Assembly (NCBI GenBank): GCA_965116875.1
Contig: OZ220733.1
Span: 4,192,001-4,256,000, forward strand
DNA from: Candidatus Latescibacterota bacterium
GTDB taxonomy: Bacteria > Latescibacterota > UBA2968 > GCA-2709665
DNA: 64,000 nt
Reading direction: 5' to 3'
The first letter of the stretch is position 1; each line of letters starts with the position of its first letter. This document shows positions 47,940-57,188 of the stretch, one piece after another. The notes beneath the pieces are model-generated. The model was given only the letters and a program-made list of their open reading frames with translations, was not told the DNA's origin and made no database searches. A program made the position numbers and the translations under genes.

Positions 47940-48164
47940 CTAGTGAAGGAAACCCGCAAACGCGCTGCCCGGTTGAGCGTGTTCGATGCGCGGGGGATCG
48001 CGGCTGTCGTATCAAATCTAACCAGTTTGAACACGAAAAAAAAGTACAATAAGAGCCAGTTCCACGTATTTTCATGGCAGGTTCCGGGATTATCGTGTCA
48101 ACCCGGCTCGCAGTACAGGCAGAAAATATCAATTCCGGCGGGAATGGGATTCACACCATAGTTC

Positions 48165-48193
48165 TTGCTTTTGCGACGAACCATGTCTACATT
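48165..48193 (+). promoter_or_regulatory. sigma-70 promoter upstream of element B1 and uvrB
   Basis: TTGCTT-17-TACATT. Confidence 0.5.
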
Positions 48194-48199
48194 ATCTGT

Positions 48200-48361
48200 G
48201 AAGCTGTCTTAATATTACCGGTGAGTTCCCGAGCGCGAGCGAAAACGTGTCGGTCAAGGCGGGAGAATCCGCCCATATCTGTCTATACGGGCGGGTTTGA
48301 CCAACGCCGGCCGGCGCTATTGCAGCCGCGCGAAGACCGCCGGGGATTTTAAGACAGCTTC
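48200..48361 (+). mobile_element. miniature inverted-repeat element family B, copy 1 (162 bp)
   Basis: Perfect 13-bp TIR GAAGCTGTCTTAA / TTAAGACAGCTTC; homologous to the reverse complement of 54163-54324. Confidence 0.85.
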
Positions 48362-48411
48362 TATACATTTGGTCACTGTATTCTGGCTGCGAACGTGTCA
48401 TGAGGTTGATG

Positions 48412-50421
48412 ATGAATGGATTTAGGGTCCAGGCGCCGTTTGAGCCGGCGGGCGACCAGCCGGAGGCAATTGCTGAGTTGAGCGACGGCATCCGGCGGGG
48501 CGACCGGTTCCAGACCCTCCTGGGGGCGACGGGAACGGGCAAGACGTATACGATCTCGAAAGTCATCGAGGCGATACAGATGCCTACCCTCGTTATCTCG
48601 CACAACAAGACGCTGGCGGCTCAGCTGTATGGCGAATTCAAGACGTTTTTCCCGGACAACGCGGTGGAGTATTTCATTTCCTATTACGACTACTATCAGC
48701 CCGAGGCGTATAAGCCGGTGACGGACACCTTCATCGAAAAGGAAGCCGACATCAACGATGAGATCAACCGGCTGCGCCTGCGAGCGACGAGCGCGCTCAT
48801 GGAGCGCCAGGACGTGATCATCGTGGCCAGCGTGTCCTGCATCTACGGGATCGGCAATCCGGAAGAGTACGAGGGCATGCACGTCATGATCGACCGGGGG
48901 GACAGGGTGGACCGGGACGAACTGCTTCGCCGGCTGGTGGACATACACTACACGCGGAATGACGTGGATTTCGGACCGGGGACATTTCGCGTGCGCGGCG
49001 ACGTGGTGGAGATCTATCGACCCGAGAGGGACGATCCGGTTCGCGTGGAATTCTTCGGAGACGAAGTGGACGCCATCAGTCTGGTGCAACCCGTGACCGG
49101 GGAGGTGCTGGATTCACGGGAACGGGCCGCGATTTATCCCGCGCGGCACTTCGTGACCAGCGGACAGCGGATCGAGCAGGCCATCTGGCAGATCGAGAAT
49201 GACATGGCTGCGCAACTGGAGGCGTTCAAGAGCCAGGGAAAACTGCTGGAGGCCCAGCGGCTGGAGACCCGGACGCGTTACGATATCGAGATGATGCGGG
49301 AGATCGGCTACTGCGCCGGAATCGAGAATTACTCCAGGTACATCGACGGCAGGGAGCCCGGCCAGCCGCCCCACGTGCTGCTGGACTATTTCCCGGAGGA
49401 ATTTCTGATCGTCATCGACGAGTCGCACGTGACGTTGCCGCAGATCCGGGGAATGTGGAATGCCGACCGGTCGCGGAAGACGACACTGGTGGAACACGGG
49501 TTCCGGCTGCCCGCCGCTCTGGACAACCGTCCGCTCTATTTTGATGAATTCGAAGGCAAGGTGAACAGGGCGATATTCATGTCCGCCACACCCGCGGACT
49601 ATGAACTGGAGATGACAAAGGGAATTGTGGTCGAACAGATCATCCGTCCAACCGGGATTCTGGATCCGGAGATGCTGGTGCGTCCCGTGCGCGGTCAGGT
49701 GGACGATCTGATCGATGAGGTCCGCGAGAGGGTGGGCCGCCGGGAACGCGTGCTGGTCACCGCGCTGACCAAGAGAATGTCCGAGGACCTCGCCGAATAC
49801 ATGCGGGACCTGGGTATCCGCGCCCGCTATATGCATTCGGAAATCGACTCGTTGGAACGGGTCGATATCATCAGGGCGCTGCGCCTGGGCGAGTTCGACG
49901 TTCTTGTGGGCGTGAATCTGCTGCGGGAAGGATTGGATCTGCCTGAAGTGTCCCTCGTTGCGATCCTGGATGCGGATAAGGAGGGCTTCCTGCGCTCCAC
50001 GCGTTCGCTGATTCAGACGGCGGGGCGCGCGGCGAGGAATCTGGCCGGCCAGGTCATCCTGTACGCGGACCAGGTAACGGACTCCATCCGACGGGCAATC
50101 GACGAGACCGACCGCAGGCGTCAGGTGCAGCAGGCATACAACGAAAGGCTGGGTGTTGTGCCCGAGACGGTCTACAAGAGCCGGGACGAGATCCTGCAGG
50201 CGACGGCCGTTGCCGATGCCAGGCAGGAGGAGATGCCGGCTGCGGCGGAGGAAACGTCCGGGTACGAGGCCGGCGCCAGTATTACCGACATGATTGCGGA
50301 TCTCGAAGACAAGATGGCCAGGGCTGCGGCGGAACTGGCGTTCGAGCAGGCGGCCGAATACCGGGACCGGATCAACCGGCTGAAATCGGGCGCGCAGGGG
50401 GTCTCCGACGACGCTGCGTAG
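48412..50421 (+). CDS. uvrB: excinuclease ABC subunit B
   Basis: [51 protein letters not shown] and a C-terminal UVR coil; start 48400-48412. Confidence 0.98.
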   Translation: MNGFRVQAPFEPAGDQPEAIAELSDGIRRGDRFQTLLGATGTGKTYTISKVIEAIQMPTLVISHNKTLAAQLYGEFKTFFPDNAVEYFISYYDYYQPEAYKPVTDTFIEKEADINDEINRLRLRATSALMERQDVIIVASVSCIYGIGNPEEYEGMHVMIDRGDRVDRDELLRRLVDIHYTRNDVDFGPGTFRVRGDVVEIYRPERDDPVRVEFFGDEVDAISLVQPVTGEVLDSRERAAIYPARHFVTSGQRIEQAIWQIENDMAAQLEAFKSQGKLLEAQRLETRTRYDIEMMREIGYCAGIENYSRYIDGREPGQPPHVLLDYFPEEFLIVIDESHVTLPQIRGMWNADRSRKTTLVEHGFRLPAALDNRPLYFDEFEGKVNRAIFMSATPADYELEMTKGIVVEQIIRPTGILDPEMLVRPVRGQVDDLIDEVRERVGRRERVLVTALTKRMSEDLAEYMRDLGIRARYMHSEIDSLERVDIIRALRLGEFDVLVGVNLLREGLDLPEVSLVAILDADKEGFLRSTRSLIQTAGRAARNLAGQVILYADQVTDSIRRAIDETDRRRQVQQAYNERLGVVPETVYKSRDEILQATAVADARQEEMPAAAEETSGYEAGASITDMIADLEDKMARAAAELAFEQAAEYRDRINRLKSGAQGVSDDAA

Positions 50422-50436
50422 GCGGAAAGAGCGACT

Positions 50437-51303
50437 GTGATGTCGGACCTGACGGAATGGCATGGCCTCGACCGCGTGGTCGACGCCGCGATCATGGAAG
50501 ACGTGGGCGACGGCGATATTTCAACCGCCTGGACCGTGCGCCCGGATGCGCGGGCGCGAGCCGTGCTCGTCGCCAGGGAGTCAGGTGTGATTGCGGGTCT
50601 GGCGGTGGCCGGACGGGTGTTTCACCGGGTGGATTCTCGAATTCGGATGACGCCGGGAACGGAGGATGGCGAGCGCGTCGAAGAGGAGGACGTGGTGGCG
50701 GAAGTCGCGGGCCCTGCGCGCGGCATCCTGACGGCGGAGCGGACGGCATTGAATTTCCTGCAGCGCATGTCCGGAATCGCAACACTGGCGGCGGCCTACG
50801 TGGCGGCCGTTGACGGAACGGGCGTCAGGATTCTCGACACACGGAAAACCTCGCCCGGGCTGCGGATACTGGACAAATACGCGGTAGCCGCCGGGGGAGG
50901 AACGAACCACCGCTCCGGCCTGCACGACATGGTGCTTCTCAAGGAAAACCACATCGAAGCGGCGGACGGCATCGGACCGGCGGTCGCGGCGGTGAAATCG
51001 GCGATGGCCAGAGACCGCAGGCGGGTGATGATCGAAGTGGAGGTGAAGACCCTTCGCGAACTGGACGACGCGCTTGCGGTGGGCGTAGACCGGGTGATGC
51101 TGGACAATATGGATCTGAACACGATTCGACTCGCGGTGGCGCGGGTGAGGGCCGCAGGACCCGAAGGCCCGCTGCTCGAAGCATCCGGAAACGTCACCCT
51201 TGAAACCGTTCGAGCCGTTGCCGAGACCGGCGTGGACCTGATTTCGGTTGGCGCACTGACGCATTCGGCGCAGGCCATGGATGTGAGCCTGCTGTTCCAA
51301 TGA
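50437..51303 (+). CDS. nadC: nicotinate-nucleotide diphosphorylase (carboxylating)
   Basis: EDVGDGDIST, ERTALNFLQRMSGIAT, DTRKT, KENH, MLDNM and ISVGALTHS motifs. Confidence 0.96.
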   Translation: MMSDLTEWHGLDRVVDAAIMEDVGDGDISTAWTVRPDARARAVLVARESGVIAGLAVAGRVFHRVDSRIRMTPGTEDGERVEEEDVVAEVAGPARGILTAERTALNFLQRMSGIATLAAAYVAAVDGTGVRILDTRKTSPGLRILDKYAVAAGGGTNHRSGLHDMVLLKENHIEAADGIGPAVAAVKSAMARDRRRVMIEVEVKTLRELDDALAVGVDRVMLDNMDLNTIRLAVARVRAAGPEGPLLEASGNVTLETVRAVAETGVDLISVGALTHSAQAMDVSLLFQ

Positions 51304-52322
51304 GCGCGAAACGGGCGTATGGTTTGAAGGGACCTTCAGCCTTCGCGGGTGGCGCCGAAACGCCGGATTCCTATCGGGTTCTCGAGGCGCTTGGCAAACA
51401 ACGGGCAATGCACGTTCCCGTTTCGGAAATTGCCGTCGCGCTTTCGTGCAGACCCGACGACGTGCGCTGCTCGGTTGAAGCGATGCGTCGTCTCGGTTAT
51501 TCTGTTTCGGAACGACCTGGAGAGGGCATTCGCCTGGCCACCGAAACCGACGTGATCGTCCGGAGCCGACTTCGGGAAGGACTCGGTTCCCGTGTTCTGG
51601 GCCGTTCCCTCGCCTGCTTTCTGGAGCTGGATTCGACCAATGCCCTGGCAACCCGGGCCGCGCTGACCGGTGCGGCGCACGGCACGGTTGTGCTTGCGGA
51701 ACATCAGAAGGCCGGTCGCGGTCGCCTGGGCAGAAACTGGTTTTCGCCGCCCGGCGTGGGGCTCTGGTTCTCCCTGATACTCCGTTACGATTTGGAAGTC
51801 GCACGCGCCTGGATGCTTACCCTCGGCGCGGCCGTTGCGCTCGCCGACGCCGTTGAGGCTTCAACCGGTGTATGCCCGGACGTCAGGTGGCCGAACGACC
51901 TGTACCTGAACGATCGCAAGCTGGCGGGCATCCTTACCGAGGTGCGCGGCGGCGACCGCGGTCTGGACTTCGCCGTTCTCGGCATCGGGATAAACGTCAA
52001 TCAGGAGGAGGCTGACTTTCCTCCGGGCCTGCAGAATACCGCGACGTCCCTTCGGTGTGGCACGGGTCGGACACACGACCGGACGGCGATGCTGGTGGAA
52101 GCGTTGCGGGCGTTGGAACAGGTTTACGCCGGGCTCGATGCCGAACGGATCCGGAAACTGTGGACGGGCAAAGCCCGGATGCTGGGCAACCCGGTTTGCA
52201 TCAGGACGGGTTCCGGCCCGGTCCGGGGTGTGGCGGAGGATCTCGGGACCGATGGCGCGCTGCTGGTTCGGGGCGGGGACGGCAGGGTCCGGAGGGTCCT
52301 GGCCGGCGACGTGGGAGTGTAG
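51300..52322 (+). CDS. birA: biotin--[acetyl-CoA-carboxylase] ligase with N-terminal HTH
   Basis: DSTN, QKAGRGRLGRNW, RWPNDL, KLAGILTE and GIGINVN motifs. Confidence 0.93.
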   Translation: MSAKRAYGLKGPSAFAGGAETPDSYRVLEALGKQRAMHVPVSEIAVALSCRPDDVRCSVEAMRRLGYSVSERPGEGIRLATETDVIVRSRLREGLGSRVLGRSLACFLELDSTNALATRAALTGAAHGTVVLAEHQKAGRGRLGRNWFSPPGVGLWFSLILRYDLEVARAWMLTLGAAVALADAVEASTGVCPDVRWPNDLYLNDRKLAGILTEVRGGDRGLDFAVLGIGINVNQEEADFPPGLQNTATSLRCGTGRTHDRTAMLVEALRALEQVYAGLDAERIRKLWTGKARMLGNPVCIRTGSGPVRGVAEDLGTDGALLVRGGDGRVRRVLAGDVGV

Positions 52323-52393
52323 AGTTTCTTCACGTTGGGACCTTAATCAACGGTTCGCGGTCTTCGGACAGCATGCCGGATTTGCTGACCTGA

Positions 52394-53161
52394 ATGTTTC
52401 TTGCATTCGACATCGGAAATTCCAGTATCGGCTGCGCCGTGTTCGACGGCGAAGAACTGCGGACTCGCTGGCGCATGGACACGGGGCTTGCCAGCACTGC
52501 GTACGCAACGCGCCTTGGCCGCGTACTGGAACGCGCGGGCATAGGGGCCCCGGGGTTGGAAGGCGCCATTGCGTCGTCGGTGGTCAGAGGGTTGACGGAA
52601 GTGATGGGCAGGGCCGTCCGGTCGGTGGCGGGGTGTGATCTGATGGAGGCAAATCCCCATGCCGATCCCGGCATCGACGTCGCCGCCGAGAAGCCCGAGG
52701 CCGTTGGCGTCGACCGGCTTCTGGCTGCCGGGGCCGCGTTCAGACAGGTCGGCGGTTCCGTCATCGTAGTTGACGTTGGCACAGCCCTTACAGTCGATCT
52801 GGTTTCCGCCGCGGGGTGTTTCATGGGCGGAACGATCTCGCCGGGCCTCAAGGCCATGGCAGAAGCGCTTGCGACGGGGGCCAGTTTGCTGCCTCATGTG
52901 GACATCACAGCGCCTGCATCGGCGTTGGGGCGGGACACGCCGGAGTGTATTCGGGCGGGTGTGGTGTTTGGGGCGGCCGGAGCCGTGGATCGGCTGGTCG
53001 AAGAGTTGAAAGACGCAACGGACGGAGCGCCGAGGGTCGTTCTCACCGGCGGCGACGCGCCGATCCTGTCCCCCTATCTCAAATCTCCGCACGATTCCCA
53101 ACCCGACCTGGTTCTGCGAGGGTTGGCTTACGCATTCATGAAACGACAGCTGAAAACGTAG
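52394..53161 (+). CDS. coaX: type III pantothenate kinase
   Basis: DIGNS, ASSVV, GVDR, VDVGTALTVD, GGTISPG and TGGDA motifs. Confidence 0.94.
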   Translation: MFLAFDIGNSSIGCAVFDGEELRTRWRMDTGLASTAYATRLGRVLERAGIGAPGLEGAIASSVVRGLTEVMGRAVRSVAGCDLMEANPHADPGIDVAAEKPEAVGVDRLLAAGAAFRQVGGSVIVVDVGTALTVDLVSAAGCFMGGTISPGLKAMAEALATGASLLPHVDITAPASALGRDTPECIRAGVVFGAAGAVDRLVEELKDATDGAPRVVLTGGDAPILSPYLKSPHDSQPDLVLRGLAYAFMKRQLKT

Positions 53162-53205
53162 ACGAGCGGAAGAAGAATTCCCGCGGGCTGAATTCCGGAG
53201 TGGGT

Positions 53206-54045
53206 TTACGAAACCGCGTTACCGTTCGGTTCCCTGGCGGCCGATTCGACGAGCGATTTCAGCGTTCTCAGGTTACGTTCCGCGGTTGACAGCGCGTCTT
53301 CCATGGGAGGCGTCTCAAACACGAGCGGGCCGGCGTAGTCCACGTCAACCAGCGCTTTCAGACAGCCCTCCAGGTCGATTTCGCCCTCGCCCACGTAACA
53401 GGGAGTCCGGTCTGTTCGCGGGTCTTTGATATGGACCTGTACAATCCGGTCTCCAAGGCAGCGGATATCCGCGACAGAGTTGCTGCCCAGCATCTGGGCG
53501 TTGCCGACGTCGAAGTAGGCCCCAACGTTCGGATTGTCCACCGCATCGATCAGCTCCATCATTTGCTCACCGGTCACGACGTGGCTGCGCCCCACGTTCT
53601 CCAGGCCGATGCGGACGCCCTGGCCGGCCGCGTGTGTGGCCACGGCGCGGGTTTCGTACGCCCAGCGATGGGCGGCCTCGTGCGGGGGCAATCCCAGCGG
53701 ATTCGTGACCGGAATGAGTATGGTCCCGATGCCCAGGACTCTGCAGGCGTGAATGGCCTGGAAGACGATCTGTTTGGCCATGAAGCGGTTCGCCACGTCC
53801 GGGTCGGCAAAGGTGAAATGCCAGAACGTGTGAAGACATACGGAGAAGACAGGAACGCCGGCCGATTCAGCGCGCCGTCCCAGCGCGTCGATGCCCTCAT
53901 CGTTCCAGAGGTCGGAGGCGCGGTAGGTGCCTGCCCGAACGCCCAGCTCAACGCCGTCGTAACCGAGCGCTTTCGCTCTGGGGAACACATCCACCCAGTC
54001 TGATTTCAGTACGTCTTCCAGGATACCGAATTGAAAACGGTTCAT
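53206..54045 (-). CDS. sugar phosphate isomerase/epimerase family protein
   Basis: GYDGVEL, GLENV, YFDVGN, VHIKD, GEGEID and FET motifs; start ATG 54045. Confidence 0.88.
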   Translation of the reverse strand: MNRFQFGILEDVLKSDWVDVFPRAKALGYDGVELGVRAGTYRASDLWNDEGIDALGRRAESAGVPVFSVCLHTFWHFTFADPDVANRFMAKQIVFQAIHACRVLGIGTILIPVTNPLGLPPHEAAHRWAYETRAVATHAAGQGVRIGLENVGRSHVVTGEQMMELIDAVDNPNVGAYFDVGNAQMLGSNSVADIRCLGDRIVQVHIKDPRTDRTPCYVGEGEIDLEGCLKALVDVDYAGPLVFETPPMEDALSTAERNLRTLKSLVESAAREPNGNAVS

Positions 54046-54162
54046 TGCCTTCCTTCCCGAAATCGATGGTTCCGCTTGAACAGGAAGCCCATCTCGCCGC
54101 AATCATAGCGAAAAAGAGAATGGATCGGGTCCGGGCTCCGGGATTCCGCTGTTTCCGGCCAA

Positions 54163-54324
54163 GAAGCTGCCTTAAAATTCCCAGCGGTCTTCGCACGGCT
54201 GCAAAAGCGCCGGTCGGCGTTGGTCAATTCCACCCGTATAGGCAAATATGGGCGGATTTTCCCGCCTTGACCGCCGCTTTTTCGCACGTGCTCGGGAACT
54301 CACCGGTAATTTTAATACAACTTT
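54163..54324 (-). mobile_element. miniature inverted-repeat element family B, copy 2 (162 bp)
   Basis: GAAGCTGCCTTAA ... TTAATACAACTTT (decayed TIR); colinear reverse-complement homolog of 48200-48361. Confidence 0.82.
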
Positions 54325-54325
54325 C

Positions 54326-54354
54326 AAAGTAAAAAAGGTACGGGGCGATGTCAA
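54326..54354 (-). promoter_or_regulatory. sigma-70 promoter reading into element B2
   Basis: Minus strand TTGACA-17-TACTTT. Confidence 0.6.
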
Positions 54355-54445
54355 CCGGATCGTTGAATCACGCAAGCGCGGTTTACCGGGTTTCAGTTCT
54401 CGACACTGCGGTCGATCGAATCGCATCGGGATGCCGTCATTCGGA

Positions 54446-54474
54446 TTGACATCGGATCGCGGTCGGGGTATTAT
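54446..54474 (+). promoter_or_regulatory. sigma-70 promoter
   Basis: TTGACA-17-TATTAT. Confidence 0.7.
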
Positions 54475-54499
54475 GGGTCCATTTCGGAGGAGGCGGGCG

Positions 54500-55276
54500 A
54501 TGAAGACCGCGCTGTGCACGATCGCGTTTAAAGACAGGCCGTTCGAGGACGTCCTGGATCTTGCCGTCAGGGCCGGTTTCGACGGTGTCGAGCCATGGGG
54601 AAAACCGGATCATATGCCCGCTGAGTACAACCCGGATGAAAACCGGCGGATCGCACGGGCCATCCGGGAGCGAGGACTGGAAGTATCGCAGTACGGATCG
54701 TACATCAATCCGGTCTCGGGCGGATTCGAAAGGGAGATGGCGGAAGGTCTGGATACCGCATCCGAACTGGGTACGGACAGAATCCGGGTCTGGGCGGGGT
54801 CCTGCGGTTCGGGCGAAGCCACAGACGAGGACTGGCGAAGGGCGATTTCCGGATTCCGCCGGTTCGCCGACCGCGCGGGTGACCGGGGCGTGAGCCTTGT
54901 CCTGGAGATGCACCTGGGATACTTGTGCGATACGCCCGGGGGCAGTATTAGACTCGTGGAGGGCGTGGACCGGCCCAATTTTCTCCTGAATTTCCAGCCG
55001 ATGTACACGGACGGCGCCTCAAGGGTCATTGCAGTGGCGCGGCAGGTGGCGCCGCACGTGGCAACTGTCCACGCTCAGAACTATACCGCGCCAGGGCGGA
55101 ACGCGCGGAGCCTGATATCGGCCGGTTACGTGGACTACCGTGCGGTCGTCCGGGAGCTTTCCGCGGCGGGTTTCGACGGTTATCTGGAAGTCGAGTTCGT
55201 CACGGAGGACGATCCGGAGGCCGCGCTGAAGGCGGATGCCGCGTTTCTGCGCACGTTGTGCGAGGCAACAGACTGA
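54500..55276 (+). CDS. sugar phosphate isomerase/epimerase family protein
   Basis: GFDGVEPWG, RIRVWAG, LEMH and GFDGYLEVEF motifs; GGAGGAGG RBS. Confidence 0.88.
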   Translation: MKTALCTIAFKDRPFEDVLDLAVRAGFDGVEPWGKPDHMPAEYNPDENRRIARAIRERGLEVSQYGSYINPVSGGFEREMAEGLDTASELGTDRIRVWAGSCGSGEATDEDWRRAISGFRRFADRAGDRGVSLVLEMHLGYLCDTPGGSIRLVEGVDRPNFLLNFQPMYTDGASRVIAVARQVAPHVATVHAQNYTAPGRNARSLISAGYVDYRAVVRELSAAGFDGYLEVEFVTEDDPEAALKADAAFLRTLCEATD

Positions 55277-55306
55277 CCTCGAAACCCGCGAAAAGGAGGC
55301 CGGAAG

Positions 55307-56062
55307 ATGGAATTTCTGCTGGCGTGTCTTGTTATCGCTGTGGTATTGACGGCGGTGGATTCAGCGCATGCCGAGGGTCGGCCGAGCTACACGATCTATC
55401 GCGCCGGAACGCCGATTACGGTTGACGGACGGCTGGACGAACCGGCGTGGGTCGCCGCGCCCGACGTCGGCGCGTTCGTTTTCCCGTGGTACATCGACGG
55501 CAAAAAGGAGCAGACCGTGGCCAAGATGCTCTGGGACGATACCCATTTGTACGTGTCGTACATTTGTGAAGACGCCCATATCTGGGCGGACCACACCCGT
55601 CGCAACAGCGAGGTGTACGATGACGACTGTGTGGAGGTGTTCGCCGCGCCGGACCCCGACCGACCGCACGTTTATTTCAATATCGAGATGAATGTACTGA
55701 GCATTTTTCTGGACCGGTACAATCCGAAGGGTGCGGGTGAAGTCGTGGACACCGGGTGGCGGGCAAAGGGCGTCCAGGTTTCAACGTGTATCTCGGGTAC
55801 GTTGAACGACGACGAGGATACCGACTCGTATTGGGTCCTCGAGGCTGCCGTACCTTTCGATAATTTCGCCGCCGTTGCGAAGAATACGCCGCCGTCGCCG
55901 GGCGACGTGTGGAACCTGAACCTGAACCGGCTCGGCGGCAAGACCAACGCCCAGTTCAGCCAGTGGCGCCCCAGCCGGACGCCGGAGCCGCAGTTTCACG
56001 CTCCCGATGACTTCGGCCAGGTCAGGTTTTCGGACGCGGCGAGTCCATTCTGGAAGCGGTAA
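55307..56062 (+). CDS. secreted CBM9-like sugar-binding domain protein
   Basis: Signal peptide AHA; ITVDGRLDEPAW, KMLWDD..LY, DDCVEVF, W..EAAVPF and FHAPD.FG motifs. Confidence 0.85.
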   Translation: MEFLLACLVIAVVLTAVDSAHAEGRPSYTIYRAGTPITVDGRLDEPAWVAAPDVGAFVFPWYIDGKKEQTVAKMLWDDTHLYVSYICEDAHIWADHTRRNSEVYDDDCVEVFAAPDPDRPHVYFNIEMNVLSIFLDRYNPKGAGEVVDTGWRAKGVQVSTCISGTLNDDEDTDSYWVLEAAVPFDNFAAVAKNTPPSPGDVWNLNLNRLGGKTNAQFSQWRPSRTPEPQFHAPDDFGQVRFSDAASPFWKR

Positions 56063-56128
56063 CGACGTGAAGAGAGACTTCAGCGGTCCGGCACGGCCGG
56101 CTGAATCCGCTCGCAGAGGACGTCCTTG

Positions 56129-56881
56129 ATGCCTGGCACGCGTACACTGGCACTGGCCGGGCTTATTCTGGCCGGCGCAGACGGCTCTCCCGCAGAAGAG
56201 ATCCGCGATATTCAGGTGCTCGTGGATCGCATGGACCGCCTGTACCGAAGCGAAACCAGTTACGCCGAACTGGAGATGGAAATCCGGACGCCCCACTGGC
56301 GGCGGACGCTTCGGATGAAGATGTGGACGGAAGGGTTGCGCAAGACCTTTGTCACCATTCTGGCGCCGAAGAAAGAAGCCGGTACGTCAACACTGCGCGT
56401 GGGCACGGAAATGTGGAACTATTTTCCCAGAATCAATAAAGTCATCAAGGTTCCGCCTTCGATGATGATGGGATCGTGGATGGGATCGGATTTTACAAAT
56501 GACGACCTGGTGAAAGAAACTTCGCTCGCGGTGGACTACCGGCCCGCCTTCGGGACGCCAGAGAACGACTCCGTGTACGAAGTCGTGTTGATTCCCAGGG
56601 AGGAGACACCCACGGTATGGGGCAAGATCGTACTCACGATACGGAAATCCGACCTGATCCCCGTATCGTACGTATACTTCGACGAGCGCGGCGATCCGAT
56701 GCGGGAAATGACGTTTTCAGGTCCAAGGGACTTCGGTGGACGAACCTTGCCCGCGGTGCTGGAAATGAAGCCCTTGAAGAAGGACGGCCACAATACGGTG
56801 ATACGATACCTGGATGCGCATTTCGACAGACGCCAGGCAAAGGACACGTATACCCATCGGAATCTGCGGCGCCGCAGATGA
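56129..56881 (+). CDS. outer-membrane lipoprotein-sorting (LolA-like) protein
   Basis: APKKEAG..TL, MWNYFP..KVIKVPPSMMMGSWMGSDFTNDDL. Confidence 0.88.
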   Translation: MPGTRTLALAGLILAGADGSPAEEIRDIQVLVDRMDRLYRSETSYAELEMEIRTPHWRRTLRMKMWTEGLRKTFVTILAPKKEAGTSTLRVGTEMWNYFPRINKVIKVPPSMMMGSWMGSDFTNDDLVKETSLAVDYRPAFGTPENDSVYEVVLIPREETPTVWGKIVLTIRKSDLIPVSYVYFDERGDPMREMTFSGPRDFGGRTLPAVLEMKPLKKDGHNTVIRYLDAHFDRRQAKDTYTHRNLRRRR

Positions 56882-56921
56882 TCCGGCTACATCGGAACCC
56901 CCCACGGATTTTTCGCATCGT

Positions 56922-57164
56922 TCGCAGTCTCGTCGTCTCGCCGTTTCGTCTTTTCGTAGTCTCGTATTCTCGTATTCTCGTATTCTCGCAGTCTCGCCGT
57001 TCGCAGTTTCGTATTCTCGTCTTTTCGCAGTTTCGCCTTTCGTAGTCTCGTATTCTCGCAGTTTCGCCGTTCGCAGTCTCGTAGTTTCGTAGTCTCGTTC
57101 CTTCGCCGTTTCGTCGTTCGCAGTTTCGCCGTTTCGTATTCTCGAATTCTCGTATTCTCGTAGG
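56922..57164. repeat. degenerate tandem array of about 31 x 8-bp (a few 7-bp) units, consensus TCGYMKTY
   Basis: Units such as tcgcagtc, tcgtattc, tcgccgtt, tcgtcttt, tcgtagtc and tcgcagtt; intergenic within the ABC operon. Confidence 0.95.
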
Positions 57165-57188
57165 CCGTTGCAGGCTGGAAGGCTGTCG

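Noticed and set aside
48160-48411. LexA/SOS box upstream of uvrB
   Set aside because: No convincing CTGT-N8-ACAG or GAAC-N4-GTTC palindrome
56922-57164. Possible CRISPR array
   Set aside because: Period is 8 bp with no unique spacers, and there are no cas genes
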